Source: Sphingobacteriaceae bacterium
GTDB lineage: Bacteria > Bacteroidota > Bacteroidia > B-17B0 > Aurantibacillaceae
Assembly: GCA_016705695.1 (NCBI GenBank)
Contig: JADJLA010000008.1
Span: 2,089 to 66,088 of the forward strand
Length of the DNA: 64,000 bases
Direction of reading: 5' to 3'
In this document: in pieces, positions 26,550 to 35,092 of the stretch
Layout of the letters: each line of letters begins with the position of its first letter
Numbering within the stretch: the stretch's first letter is position 1
Position numbers and translations under genes: made by a program
Notes under the pieces: model-generated
The model's database searches: none
What the model was told of the DNA's origin: nothing
The model's input: only the letters and a program-made list of their open reading frames with translations

Positions 26550-28340
26550 TTAAGTAATTAGTTCTCCCTGTTGCATCTCGTAAAGCATTTTGAATTTACT
26601 TTCAGTGGAGAGCAACTCTTTTAAATTGCCTTGTTCTATCACTTCGCCTTTTTCCATCACGATAATTTTATCTGCATTTTTAATGGTAGATAAGCGATGA
26701 GCAATAATAATAGAAGTTCTTCCTTGCGTAAGAATATCGGTCGCTTTTTGCAAAAGCTGTTCGGTTGGTGTGTCAATTGAAGCGGTGGCTTCATCCAGCA
26801 CAAATATTTCGGGATTATAAACGTAAGCTCTAATAAATGCAATTAATTGTCTTTGTCCGGCGGATAAACTAATACCTCTTTCTCTTACTTCATAATCAAA
26901 TCCACCCGGTAAACTTATAATGAAGTCATACAAGCCAATTTGTTTGGTAGCTTTTAGTACGTCTTCTTTATTGATAGATGGATTGTGAAGTGTGATATTA
27001 TTATAAATGCTATCGTTAAATAAAAAAACATCTTGCAATACAACTCCTGTATTCTTTCTTAAAGAGGCTAGTGAATATTCTTCAATTCCTTTTCCGTCAA
27101 TTGAAATATTTCCTTTATTATACTCGTAAAATCTACTCAATAAATTAATGATGGTAGATTTTCCTGAGCCTGTAGCTCCAACAAAGGCAATGCGTTCACC
27201 TTTTTTGATCTCGAGGTTGATATTCTTTAATACAAAATTCTCGTTCACATAGGCGAACCAAAGATCTTTGAATAGGATCTTATCGTTTATTTTTGCAAAT
27301 TCTGTTTTGCCAGTATCTGGAATAATTTCATTTGTATCTAATACTTTAAATACCCTATCCGCTGCTACAATTCCCATTTGTAAAGTGTTTAAGCGATCTG
27401 CCAGCATTCTAATTGGCCTAAACATCATGTTGGTTAGCATTACAAAGAAAGTTAGATCGCCTAATGTCACATGGAACGTAGAAGATTTAACTTCTGCATA
27501 CCAAATTACCAAGGCAATAGCCACAGATGAGAGGATCTCTACCACCGGAAAGAAAATGGAATAATAAAATATAGAACGAATATTTGCATTGCGATGTTGT
27601 TGATTGATCACTTTAAATTTGTCATGCTCATCTTTTTCTTTATTGAATAGTTGAATAATTCGCATACCCGTGATATGTTCCTGCGTAAATGTATTTAAAT
27701 TGGAAACGGCATTACGTACTTCATTAAATGTTTTCTTTACTCCATTTTTAAATAAAGCAGTTGCAATAAATAAAAGAGGAATGGTTGTAAAAACTAAAAG
27801 CGCCAATACCCAATTTTTCCAAAACATTACACCGGCAAATACCAGAAGCATTACAAAATCACCTGCTATAACTATAAATCCTTCCGAAAAAACATCGCTT
27901 AAGCTTTCAATGTCAGAAATAGCGCGCGTAACTAACATACCAACCGGCGTATTGTCAAAATAGGTGTTCTTTAATTTTAAAATATGTCGGTAGATCTGAT
28001 TTCTGAGATCTCTCACAATGCTTTGTCCTAAAAAATTGGTAGTGCTAATATTCACAAATTGAAGAATAGCTTCAAAGAATATAAATCCTAAGATGATCAA
28101 GCATGAAGTATTAAGATCTTGAATGCTTTTGTTTTCCGATACATCGGTAGTTAAAGCATTACTTACTAAAAGCGGACGAATAATAGCAAGTACTGAGAGC
28201 GATAAAGTGAGGAAAATAGAAAGTCCAAAACGAACTTTATAAGGTTTCGAATAACTCAAGATCCGTTTAATAAGACCAACATTCAGTTTATTTTCTTTTT
28301 TCTCACTCACTCTGCTGATCTTTCGGATATTCAATAGCAA
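26550..28340 (-). CDS. ABC exporter, fused permease/ATPase (MsbA/multidrug type)
   Basis: Six-TM ABC_membrane domain, then GATGSGKST, LSAGQRQLIAFIRA and VLDEATASID. The start is uncertain: ATG at 28340 overlaps truA by 38 nt, and a GTG at 28310 is an alternative. Confidence 0.85.
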   Translation of the reverse strand: MLLNIRKISRVSEKKENKLNVGLIKRILSYSKPYKVRFGLSIFLTLSLSVLAIIRPLLVSNALTTDVSENKSIQDLNTSCLIILGFIFFEAILQFVNISTTNFLGQSIVRDLRNQIYRHILKLKNTYFDNTPVGMLVTRAISDIESLSDVFSEGFIVIAGDFVMLLVFAGVMFWKNWVLALLVFTTIPLLFIATALFKNGVKKTFNEVRNAVSNLNTFTQEHITGMRIIQLFNKEKDEHDKFKVINQQHRNANIRSIFYYSIFFPVVEILSSVAIALVIWYAEVKSSTFHVTLGDLTFFVMLTNMMFRPIRMLADRLNTLQMGIVAADRVFKVLDTNEIIPDTGKTEFAKINDKILFKDLWFAYVNENFVLKNINLEIKKGERIAFVGATGSGKSTIINLLSRFYEYNKGNISIDGKGIEEYSLASLRKNTGVVLQDVFLFNDSIYNNITLHNPSINKEDVLKATKQIGLYDFIISLPGGFDYEVRERGISLSAGQRQLIAFIRAYVYNPEIFVLDEATASIDTPTEQLLQKATDILTQGRTSIIIAHRLSTIKNADKIIVMEKGEVIEQGNLKELLSTESKFKMLYEMQQGELIT

Positions 28341-29067
28341 CTAAAAATAATGCATTGGCAGGAACATTATTTCCAGCTTTACTTCTGTCTTTAGCCTCAA
28401 TTATCTTTTTGAATTCTTCTATGGTAATTTTGTTCTTTCCTACTTGCAATAAGGTTCCAACAATTGCCCGAACCATCCCTCTTAAAAAGCGATCTGCTCT
28501 GATGGTAAATCTCCATTCGCCATCGCCCACTATTTGCCAAATGGCTTTAGTGATCTTGCAATTGTTTGTTTTTGTTTGCGTATTTAATTTACTAAAGCTT
28601 GTGAAATCTTTATAGTCCATTAATACTTGCGCTGCCTTATTCATTAATTCAAAATCGAGATCTCCGTATACATAATAGCTAAAGCGATCGATAAATGGAT
28701 TTTTTTGTTGATGCAAAAAGTAATAGTACGTACGCGATAAAGCATCAAAGCGGGCATGGGCTTTTTCATCAACTTCCATGATATCCTGTATGGAAATTTC
28801 GGGAGGCATGATGGTACTGAATTTATAGATCCAGTGCGCTTTATTACTTATAAGATCCTTTGAACTACTATCAAAATGGGCTATATAATTTTTGGCATGA
28901 ACGCCTGCGTCGGTTCGGCCGCAACCCACCAATTCAATATTTTCTTTAAGTAAAAGGCTAATTTTTTCCTGAACCGTTTGCTGTACGGTATTTGGGGTAT
29001 TATCCTGAACCTGCCAACCGTTAAAATCAGTGCCGTTATAAGAAAGTTTAAGAAAGTACCTAGCCAT
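28303..29067 (-). CDS. truA: tRNA pseudouridine(38-40) synthase TruA
   Basis: MARYFLKLSYNGTDFNGWQVQ N-terminus and catalytic GCGRTDAGVHA. ATG at 29067 preferred over 29094 because a TAnnTTTG box lies at 29072-29079. Confidence 0.9.
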   Translation of the reverse strand: MARYFLKLSYNGTDFNGWQVQDNTPNTVQQTVQEKISLLLKENIELVGCGRTDAGVHAKNYIAHFDSSSKDLISNKAHWIYKFSTIMPPEISIQDIMEVDEKAHARFDALSRTYYYFLHQQKNPFIDRFSYYVYGDLDFELMNKAAQVLMDYKDFTSFSKLNTQTKTNNCKITKAIWQIVGDGEWRFTIRADRFLRGMVRAIVGTLLQVGKNKITIEEFKKIIEAKDRSKAGNNVPANALFLVAIEYPKDQQSE

Positions 29068-29071
29068 GTGC

Positions 29072-29079
29072 CAAAGATA
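29072..29079 (-). promoter_or_regulatory. candidate -7 box (TAtcTTTG) for truA
   Basis: Exact TAnnTTTG on the minus strand, ending 4 nt before the ATG at 29067. Confidence 0.45.
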
Positions 29080-29081
29080 CT

Positions 29082-29089
29082 TAACTTTG
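29082..29089 (+). promoter_or_regulatory. candidate -7 box (TAacTTTG) for rlmD
   Basis: Exact TAnnTTTG, 13 nt before the ATG at 29103. Back-to-back with the truA box. Confidence 0.45.
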
Positions 29090-29102
29090 CGCATCTGGTA
29101 AA

Positions 29103-30509
29103 ATGAGCAAGATCAAAAAGAACTTTGAATTACAGGGACTTGAGATAGTAGATACTTCTACTGAAGGAAAGGCTATTGCCAAACACGAGAATTTGGTGGT
29201 TTTTATAGAAGGCGCGGTTCCTGGCGATGTGGTGAATGTAATGGTGCATCGCAAAAAGAATAGTTATGCCGAAGCAAAAGTTACTAAAATAGTTAAGCCG
29301 TCAAAAGACAGAACAGAACCTAAATGCGAACATTTTGGAACCTGCGGCGGTTGTAAGTGGCAGAGTTTATCGTACGCAACACAATTATATTACAAGCAAA
29401 AATATGTTACCGATGCTTTTACGCGTATTGGTAAATTAACTTACGGTGATGTTACACCAATTCTTGCGAATAAAGAACCTTATTTTTACCGTAATAAATT
29501 AGAGTTCTCTTTTTCGAATAAAAAGTGGCTCACTAATGAGGAAATAAAGAATGGAGTAGAAGTGCCAAACAAGAATGCTTTAGGATTCCATATCCCGGGT
29601 TTGTTTGATAAGATCCTTGATATCAATAATTGTTATTTACAAGCAGAGCCAAGTAATTCTATTCGTTTAGCCATAAGAGAGTATGCTTTCAAGAACAACC
29701 TTACTTTTTTTGATATTCGAAATAAAGTAGGTTTTTTAAGAACAGTGATCATTCGCACTACTTCAACTAAAGAAGTAATGGTGGTGATAAGCATGTTTGA
29801 AAATAATGAGGAAGACATGAAAGCTTTATGTTCGCACTTGAAAGATAAATTTCCTCAGATCACATCTTTGCAATATGCTCATAATCCTAAAGGAAATGAC
29901 ACGATTCAAGACCTCGAGATAAAAACGTTTTCCGGTAAAGATCATATCACCGAAGAAATGGAAGGTTTAAAATTCAACATCAGTGCTAAATCTTTTTATC
30001 AAACAAATTCGGAACAAGCGTACGAACTTTATAAAGTTGCAAGAGGGTTTGCTCAGTTAAAAGAAACAGATGTTGTATATGATCTTTATACAGGCACCGG
30101 AACTATTGCAAATTTTATTGCGCGTGATTGTAAAAAAGTAACTGGTATAGAATATGTAGAAGCTGCTGTAAAAGACGCTTTTAAAAATTCGGAGAATAAT
30201 GGAATTAAAAATACATTCTTTGCAGCCGGTGACATGAAAGATATCTTTACTTACGAATTTGTAAATGCACATGGAAATCCTGATGTAATTATCACCGATC
30301 CTCCACGTGCAGGAATGAGTCCGGAGGTAATTGCGGTAATGTTGAATTTAAAACCAAGCCGAATTGTTTACGTAAGTTGCAATCCAAGCACGCAAGCTCG
30401 CGATCTGGCGCTTATGGAACATTTATACAAGATCGAAAGGATACAACCGGTGGATATGTTCCCACAAACGGCTCATGTGGAGAATGTGGTTCTTCTTACC
30501 TTAAAATAG
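29103..30509 (+). CDS. rlmD: 23S rRNA (uracil-5-)-methyltransferase RlmD/RumA
   Basis: TRAM domain, Fe-S Cys cluster (C..FGTCGGC), SAM-binding DLYTGTGT, catalytic Cys region VYVSCNP. Confidence 0.85.
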   Translation: MSKIKKNFELQGLEIVDTSTEGKAIAKHENLVVFIEGAVPGDVVNVMVHRKKNSYAEAKVTKIVKPSKDRTEPKCEHFGTCGGCKWQSLSYATQLYYKQKYVTDAFTRIGKLTYGDVTPILANKEPYFYRNKLEFSFSNKKWLTNEEIKNGVEVPNKNALGFHIPGLFDKILDINNCYLQAEPSNSIRLAIREYAFKNNLTFFDIRNKVGFLRTVIIRTTSTKEVMVVISMFENNEEDMKALCSHLKDKFPQITSLQYAHNPKGNDTIQDLEIKTFSGKDHITEEMEGLKFNISAKSFYQTNSEQAYELYKVARGFAQLKETDVVYDLYTGTGTIANFIARDCKKVTGIEYVEAAVKDAFKNSENNGIKNTFFAAGDMKDIFTYEFVNAHGNPDVIITDPPRAGMSPEVIAVMLNLKPSRIVYVSCNPSTQARDLALMEHLYKIERIQPVDMFPQTAHVENVVLLTLK

Positions 30510-30542
30510 GGTTAAAACACTTGTTTTTTTAGAAAATACCTA

Positions 30543-30550
30543 TAACTTTG
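30543..30550 (+). promoter_or_regulatory. candidate -7 box (TAacTTTG) for the usp gene
   Basis: Exact TAnnTTTG, 20 nt upstream of the ATG at 30571. Confidence 0.45.
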
Positions 30551-30570
30551 GTTGTATAAACCAAATAACT

Positions 30571-31476
30571 ATGATCCATTTCAAGTCCTCAAAGATCCTT
30601 ATTCCAATTGATTTTAGTGAAACATCTTTATTGGCCATACAGCATGGCGCTTTTGTTGCTCAATTTACAAAAGGTGATGTATGTTTGTTACACGTGATCA
30701 ATTCAAATTACACGCGTCAGAATTTATTTTTGCCTGTGTTGCAATTGAATGATCCAATGGAATTTGAAAAAAAAGTTGAAAGTAAATTAAATGAACTTGC
30801 CAATGATGTGCGTTCTGAGTTTGGTGTAAATGTAGAATGTATTATCAAAACAGGTGTTCCTGCAGCGGAAGTTGTTGATACTATTAAGGAAATTGACGCA
30901 TCATTAGTGGTTATGGGAACTCACGGTTACGCTCCAATTGAAGAATTGGTTATTGGAAGTAATGCTTTACGAGTTATAACAAAAGCAAATTGCCAGGTTA
31001 TGACCATGAGTAAAGGCTCTAACCATAAAGGATACAATAAAATAGTTATTCCTATTGATAACAGCGCTCATTCGCGTCAAAAAGTTGTGTATGCTATTGA
31101 GATGGCAAAACAATTTAGTGCGCATTTATATGCCGTTGCGTTATTAGGTCCGGAAGATGAAAGTCATAAACCTCAAATGGAATTGATCTTACATCAGATA
31201 GAAAAATTGGCTAAAGAAAAAGGTGTGATGTACACTTCTGATGTTTTATCAGGATTAAAAAATCGTGCAACAGCCACAGTTCAATATTCAGAAAAAATTG
31301 GCGCTGATCTTTTGGTGATCATGAGCGATCAGGATGCTGAGTTAAGCGGATTCTTTTTAGGACCATACGCGCAACAAGTTATTCATTTAAGTAAGATCCC
31401 TGTTATTACTGTAAAGCCCGAAGAACACCCCGAGAATATCAATTTTACCATTTTAAGTGGAACAAGCGGTATCTAA
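30571..31476 (+). CDS. tandem-domain universal stress protein (UspA family)
   Basis: 301 aa. Two Usp-like halves, each ending in a G..G-type motif (VVMGTHGY / LLVIMSD). Confidence 0.75.
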   Translation: MIHFKSSKILIPIDFSETSLLAIQHGAFVAQFTKGDVCLLHVINSNYTRQNLFLPVLQLNDPMEFEKKVESKLNELANDVRSEFGVNVECIIKTGVPAAEVVDTIKEIDASLVVMGTHGYAPIEELVIGSNALRVITKANCQVMTMSKGSNHKGYNKIVIPIDNSAHSRQKVVYAIEMAKQFSAHLYAVALLGPEDESHKPQMELILHQIEKLAKEKGVMYTSDVLSGLKNRATATVQYSEKIGADLLVIMSDQDAELSGFFLGPYAQQVIHLSKIPVITVKPEEHPENINFTILSGTSGI

Positions 31477-31522
31477 AAGCGATTTTTTTTACCCAGTTAT
31501 AATTAAATGCTTGCCATTTGTA

Positions 31523-31552
31523 AAACCCCGCCTTCTGGTGGGGTTTTGTTTT
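31523..31552 (+). terminator. intrinsic terminator after the usp gene
   Basis: aaaaccccgcc-ttct-ggtggggtttt followed by gtttt. Confidence 0.75.
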
Positions 31553-31636
31553 GGATATTTGTAAAGCAAAATAATGAAATTTGTTCCTGTTTAAATACAG
31601 GTCAAATAAAACCCGCAGAGTAAGGGTTTTTTCTGA

Positions 31637-31672
31637 AGGGAGCTGAGCAATCAGCTTCCTTTTTTATTTTAT
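31637..31672 (+). terminator. second strong terminator-like hairpin (GNRA loop) in the same intergenic region
   Basis: gggagctga-gcaa-tcagcttcc (9 bp including one G-T) followed by ttttttatttt. Confidence 0.6.
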
Positions 31673-31709
31673 AAAATGGAAGTTTTTTTGCGGGATAGAA
31701 TAACACAAA

Positions 31710-31907
31710 CCGATATATCGCCCCTAAAGGGGCTTCTTTGTTGTATCGTATTCGTATTTACCGATATGTCGTCCCTTCCGGACTATTTCAAAACGATGAA
31801 AATTAGTTTTATATAATTTCCTAGCTCCGTAGGAGCGACATATAGGTAGCCCCCGAAGGGGGCGAAATAAACCAAGGTGATCAGAACCCCTTTAGGGGTG
31901 ACATATT
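31710..31907. repeat. cluster of five REP/BIME-like GC-rich hairpins with flanking CGACATAT-type motif
   Basis: Units at 31710-31733, 31761-31783, 31824-31848, 31849-31873 and 31886-31907. Stems are gcccct/aggggc, gtcc/ggac, gctcc/ggagc, ccccc/ggggg and acccct/aggggt. The motif ccgatatRtcg precedes units 1-2, and its complement cgacatat follows units 3 and 5. Confidence 0.75.
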
Positions 31908-31967
31908 ATTTAATGCATCACCGATAAAAACATTCGGTTGCAATATGCGCTTTGTCGAAGGGCTCCT

Positions 31968-33827
31968 TTAATCAAAAAATAACCACGTTAATCCAAAGCG
32001 CATTGCTCTATCAGGCTGATAGTATCCGGGAACCATGCTGTAATTTGTGCCAATCACACCATGCAAAATATTTTCCATTTTAATAAAAAAGGTAACCGGC
32101 CTGATGCGCGCATTTAAAAACACATCTACAAATGTAAAATTACCTGCTTTGTAATTATCTTGCACATAAAACGCTTGTGTAGCCGGCATATAAGCATAAG
32201 GCGTAAACTGATCGTAATATTCTACTTGTCCGCCAACTGCTAATTGAAGATTATTCTTAAATAGATTTCCTTTATAAAACAATGAGGCAATAGAAACGCT
32301 TTTTGGTAAGCTGATCAAATTGCTGGAAGTAGTTTGCCATGTTTGATTTATGCTAACTCCTAAATGTTTAAAGAATACTTTATCTAAATTAATACGAATG
32401 GCTCCATTGGTGATGGTATTATTGCTCTGCATTGGATAAGCTAATTGATCAAAGTATAAATAATTTGTTACTCCTTTATAGATTCCCGTAACCGTTAAAA
32501 AAGAAACCTTACAACTCAATTCGGCTTGATTCATTTGCACATTATTGAATTTATTATCCCATGCAAAATGATTACTGTACCAATGTTTATATATATAATC
32601 TGGTGTGCGATCTTCCGATAAAAATTTTAAACTTACATTTCCTTTCAGTTTTTTGTTTCTAAAAAACTGCAATTGATGAAAAGTTTCTACTTTGTAGTTT
32701 CCTGCAAAAGCTCCTGCGGCAATGTATGATCCCGAAACTGTATTAATGAGTTTCTTTTGGCTCAAGCTGTCAGTGGAAATGAAATTCTTTATATGATCCA
32801 TTTTTACATTAGCCAAATGGTTCATGAAACTGGTATCGGAGTATTGCCACAATTGAGCTATTTCATTCTCATAACCTAGCTCTAAATTGAAATTGTTCTT
32901 TGCCGATCTAAAAGTAAGGTTAAGCTCATTATTAAAGGTTCTTACGCGAGTGCTGTCAATGGTTTTGGCAGTATCTGTATAAAACAAAAAGTAATAATTA
33001 TCTGTTCCGCTGTTAAGATCTTTATACCTGTACTTTAAACTACTGAACGAAGATCGCAAACCAATATAGCTTTGAAGTCTTGAACTGTCTTTGTTTAGCT
33101 TGAACCAATTCGCATATTGAGCCGATAATTCTCTATTATCTCTGGAAGCACCGCTTAATTTCACGGGAATAAGATCCTTGCTTACTAAAAGATCTTGCTG
33201 TCTTAGTGTATCGTTAATTATGCCTCCGTTTTCCTGAAAGCGATTATTGTTCACTAAAATATACGATGTAAATCCAAAGCGTTTGTTCTTTGTAGTATAA
33301 TTATTGGAAGTGTAAAAATTATTAGTAAAGGTTTGTTGTTTGGTGTAAAATCCTAGCGAGGTATAACGATTCAATCGTAATGTGACATTTAGTTTATTCT
33401 TAAACGTATTTGAGAACAGGAGTCTAAATAATTGCAACTGCTTAGATCCCGCAATGCCGCTTAATTCGGCAAATGGTCCTTTTGTTCTGTAATATTCAAC
33501 ATCTTCTTTTTTAATGATATAATCGTCAAGAGGCACATCGAACAATCTAAATCCAAGACTTCTGCTTTTGAACTTTAATACATAGTGTGGGCTAGGCATT
33601 CCCAAATTTCCCATAAAATTACGATCAATGAAGCGATTTGCTTTTTCAATGGTAGTATCAGGATAGAAACTTTGGTATGGTTTTTTTTCTGATCGCTTTT
33701 TTATGTAATTAGGATCAACAGAATAAAAACTTTGAGAAGAAACTGATTGGATAGAAATAAAAACCAGCAGAAGTGATCTGAATATATTTTTTAATGATTT
33801 TTTTATACGATCACAAGATGAACTCAT
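31968..33827 (-). CDS. large outer-membrane beta-barrel protein (Bacteroidota putative-porin type)
   Basis: 619 aa. Signal peptide, aromatic-rich alternating strands, C-terminal ...RFGLTWLFFD beta-signal-like end. Confidence 0.7.
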   Translation of the reverse strand: MSSSCDRIKKSLKNIFRSLLLVFISIQSVSSQSFYSVDPNYIKKRSEKKPYQSFYPDTTIEKANRFIDRNFMGNLGMPSPHYVLKFKSRSLGFRLFDVPLDDYIIKKEDVEYYRTKGPFAELSGIAGSKQLQLFRLLFSNTFKNKLNVTLRLNRYTSLGFYTKQQTFTNNFYTSNNYTTKNKRFGFTSYILVNNNRFQENGGIINDTLRQQDLLVSKDLIPVKLSGASRDNRELSAQYANWFKLNKDSSRLQSYIGLRSSFSSLKYRYKDLNSGTDNYYFLFYTDTAKTIDSTRVRTFNNELNLTFRSAKNNFNLELGYENEIAQLWQYSDTSFMNHLANVKMDHIKNFISTDSLSQKKLINTVSGSYIAAGAFAGNYKVETFHQLQFFRNKKLKGNVSLKFLSEDRTPDYIYKHWYSNHFAWDNKFNNVQMNQAELSCKVSFLTVTGIYKGVTNYLYFDQLAYPMQSNNTITNGAIRINLDKVFFKHLGVSINQTWQTTSSNLISLPKSVSIASLFYKGNLFKNNLQLAVGGQVEYYDQFTPYAYMPATQAFYVQDNYKAGNFTFVDVFLNARIRPVTFFIKMENILHGVIGTNYSMVPGYYQPDRAMRFGLTWLFFD

Positions 33828-33842
33828 TAACTAAGACCCTGT

Positions 33843-34874
33843 TTAAAACTTATCGAAAAAATGTTCTTCTACATCAAACGTTGATTTTAAACCAACCTCT
33901 TTAAAATCACCCTGAAGCCATTTTGATGCAGTTTCTCTTCCTTTTTCTTTAAGAGCAACTAAAAACTCCCATGATGTATTCATTTTACTGCTATAACTTA
34001 ACTGACTTAAAGCGTCGTATCCACTAATAGTATGAACAAAGATTTCACGATTTACTTTGTTATCGCTTTTTAAGATCCCATTACGTAATAATTCGTTACG
34101 GTAATGTATCAACTTCATTTCGTTGATCAAACTGCTATTAAAAGAGATCTCGTTTACGCGATCTGCAATATCTCTGGCAGTTGTTGGAACCGAATTGATA
34201 TTGATGGAGTTGATCTTGATCAAAACGATATCGTGCAAATTTGTATTGGTGATCAAGGGGAATATAGGAGGATTTCCCATATAACCACCATCCCAATAAT
34301 ATTCGCCTTTAATTTCTACTGCCTGAAATAAAAATGGTAGGCATGCACTTGCTAAAACGGAGTCAACTGTAATATCTTTATTTGAGAAGATCTTAGCGCG
34401 ATTTGTTTTTACATTGGTAGCGCAAATAAATAATTTCTTTTTATTATAACGGTGCAATTCTTCAAAATCAATATGCTCTAATAAAATATCTTTTAAAGGA
34501 TTATAATTAAAGGGGTTGAAATTGTAAGGCGACATTACTTGTGTAAGTGCGTTAAACCACATGTATCCCGGGCTATTGTATATATTACCGTTGCCCATTG
34601 TTTGATCAATAATTCCTGGCTTGAACAAATAACTACCACCAAGAGCAACTTTACGCCATAAGCTCTCTAATAATTCCTTAGCTTTTTGCGGACCGCCCAC
34701 ATGTAAACCATAAGCACATACAACGGCATTAACAGCACCTGCGCTTGTACCACACATAGCATCCGCTACAAGGGTTTCTTCTTCCAACAGCCTATCTAAA
34801 ACACCCCAGGTAAAAGCGCCATGAGCTCCGCCACCTTGAAGTGCTACACCTACGTGTTTAATTTTTGGTTCCAT
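33843..34874 (-). CDS. patatin-like phospholipase
   Basis: GGGAHGAF oxyanion motif, GTSAGA nucleophile elbow, DGGY catalytic Asp motif. No signal peptide. Confidence 0.85.
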   Translation of the reverse strand: MEPKIKHVGVALQGGGAHGAFTWGVLDRLLEEETLVADAMCGTSAGAVNAVVCAYGLHVGGPQKAKELLESLWRKVALGGSYLFKPGIIDQTMGNGNIYNSPGYMWFNALTQVMSPYNFNPFNYNPLKDILLEHIDFEELHRYNKKKLFICATNVKTNRAKIFSNKDITVDSVLASACLPFLFQAVEIKGEYYWDGGYMGNPPIFPLITNTNLHDIVLIKINSININSVPTTARDIADRVNEISFNSSLINEMKLIHYRNELLRNGILKSDNKVNREIFVHTISGYDALSQLSYSSKMNTSWEFLVALKEKGRETASKWLQGDFKEVGLKSTFDVEEHFFDKF

Positions 34875-34884
34875 GTTTTAATAC

Positions 34885-34892
34885 CAAATATA
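34885..34892 (-). promoter_or_regulatory. candidate -7 box (TAtaTTTG) for the patatin / beta-barrel gene pair
   Basis: Exact TAnnTTTG on the minus strand, 10 nt upstream of the patatin ATG. Confidence 0.45.
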
Positions 34893-35092
34893 CATATAAT
34901 TTAGTCCAATCTGCTTGTTCTTTTTCATCAATACTTCTTCAAAAAATAGTTCCGTAGCTATTGCTATGCAACGATTTTTGTTCATCGTCTTGATGAAAAA
35001 TCACTTCGCATCTTTGAACCAAATTATAAATGCATTTGGTATAAATTTAGCGATTTTTTGATGTTTTCCTATGGATTGTTCGTTTAATGATG

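Noticed and set aside
31710-31907. Possible CRISPR array
   Set aside because: The units are not identical, are only 14-25 nt long, have irregular spacing and alternate in orientation, and no cas genes are present. This fits REP/BIME-like repeats instead.
33843-34874. Patatin as a secreted type Vd / two-partner passenger of the adjacent barrel, or as a CBASS-type effector
   Set aside because: The patatin protein has no signal peptide. No POTRA-like region is evident in the barrel N-terminus. No cyclase or other defence-signalling gene is nearby.
34921-35000. Inverted repeat tttttcatcaa / ttgatgaaaaa upstream of the patatin operon
   Set aside because: Only 11 bp match, in AT-rich sequence, and are separated by 58 nt with weak internal pairing. 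This could easily be chance.
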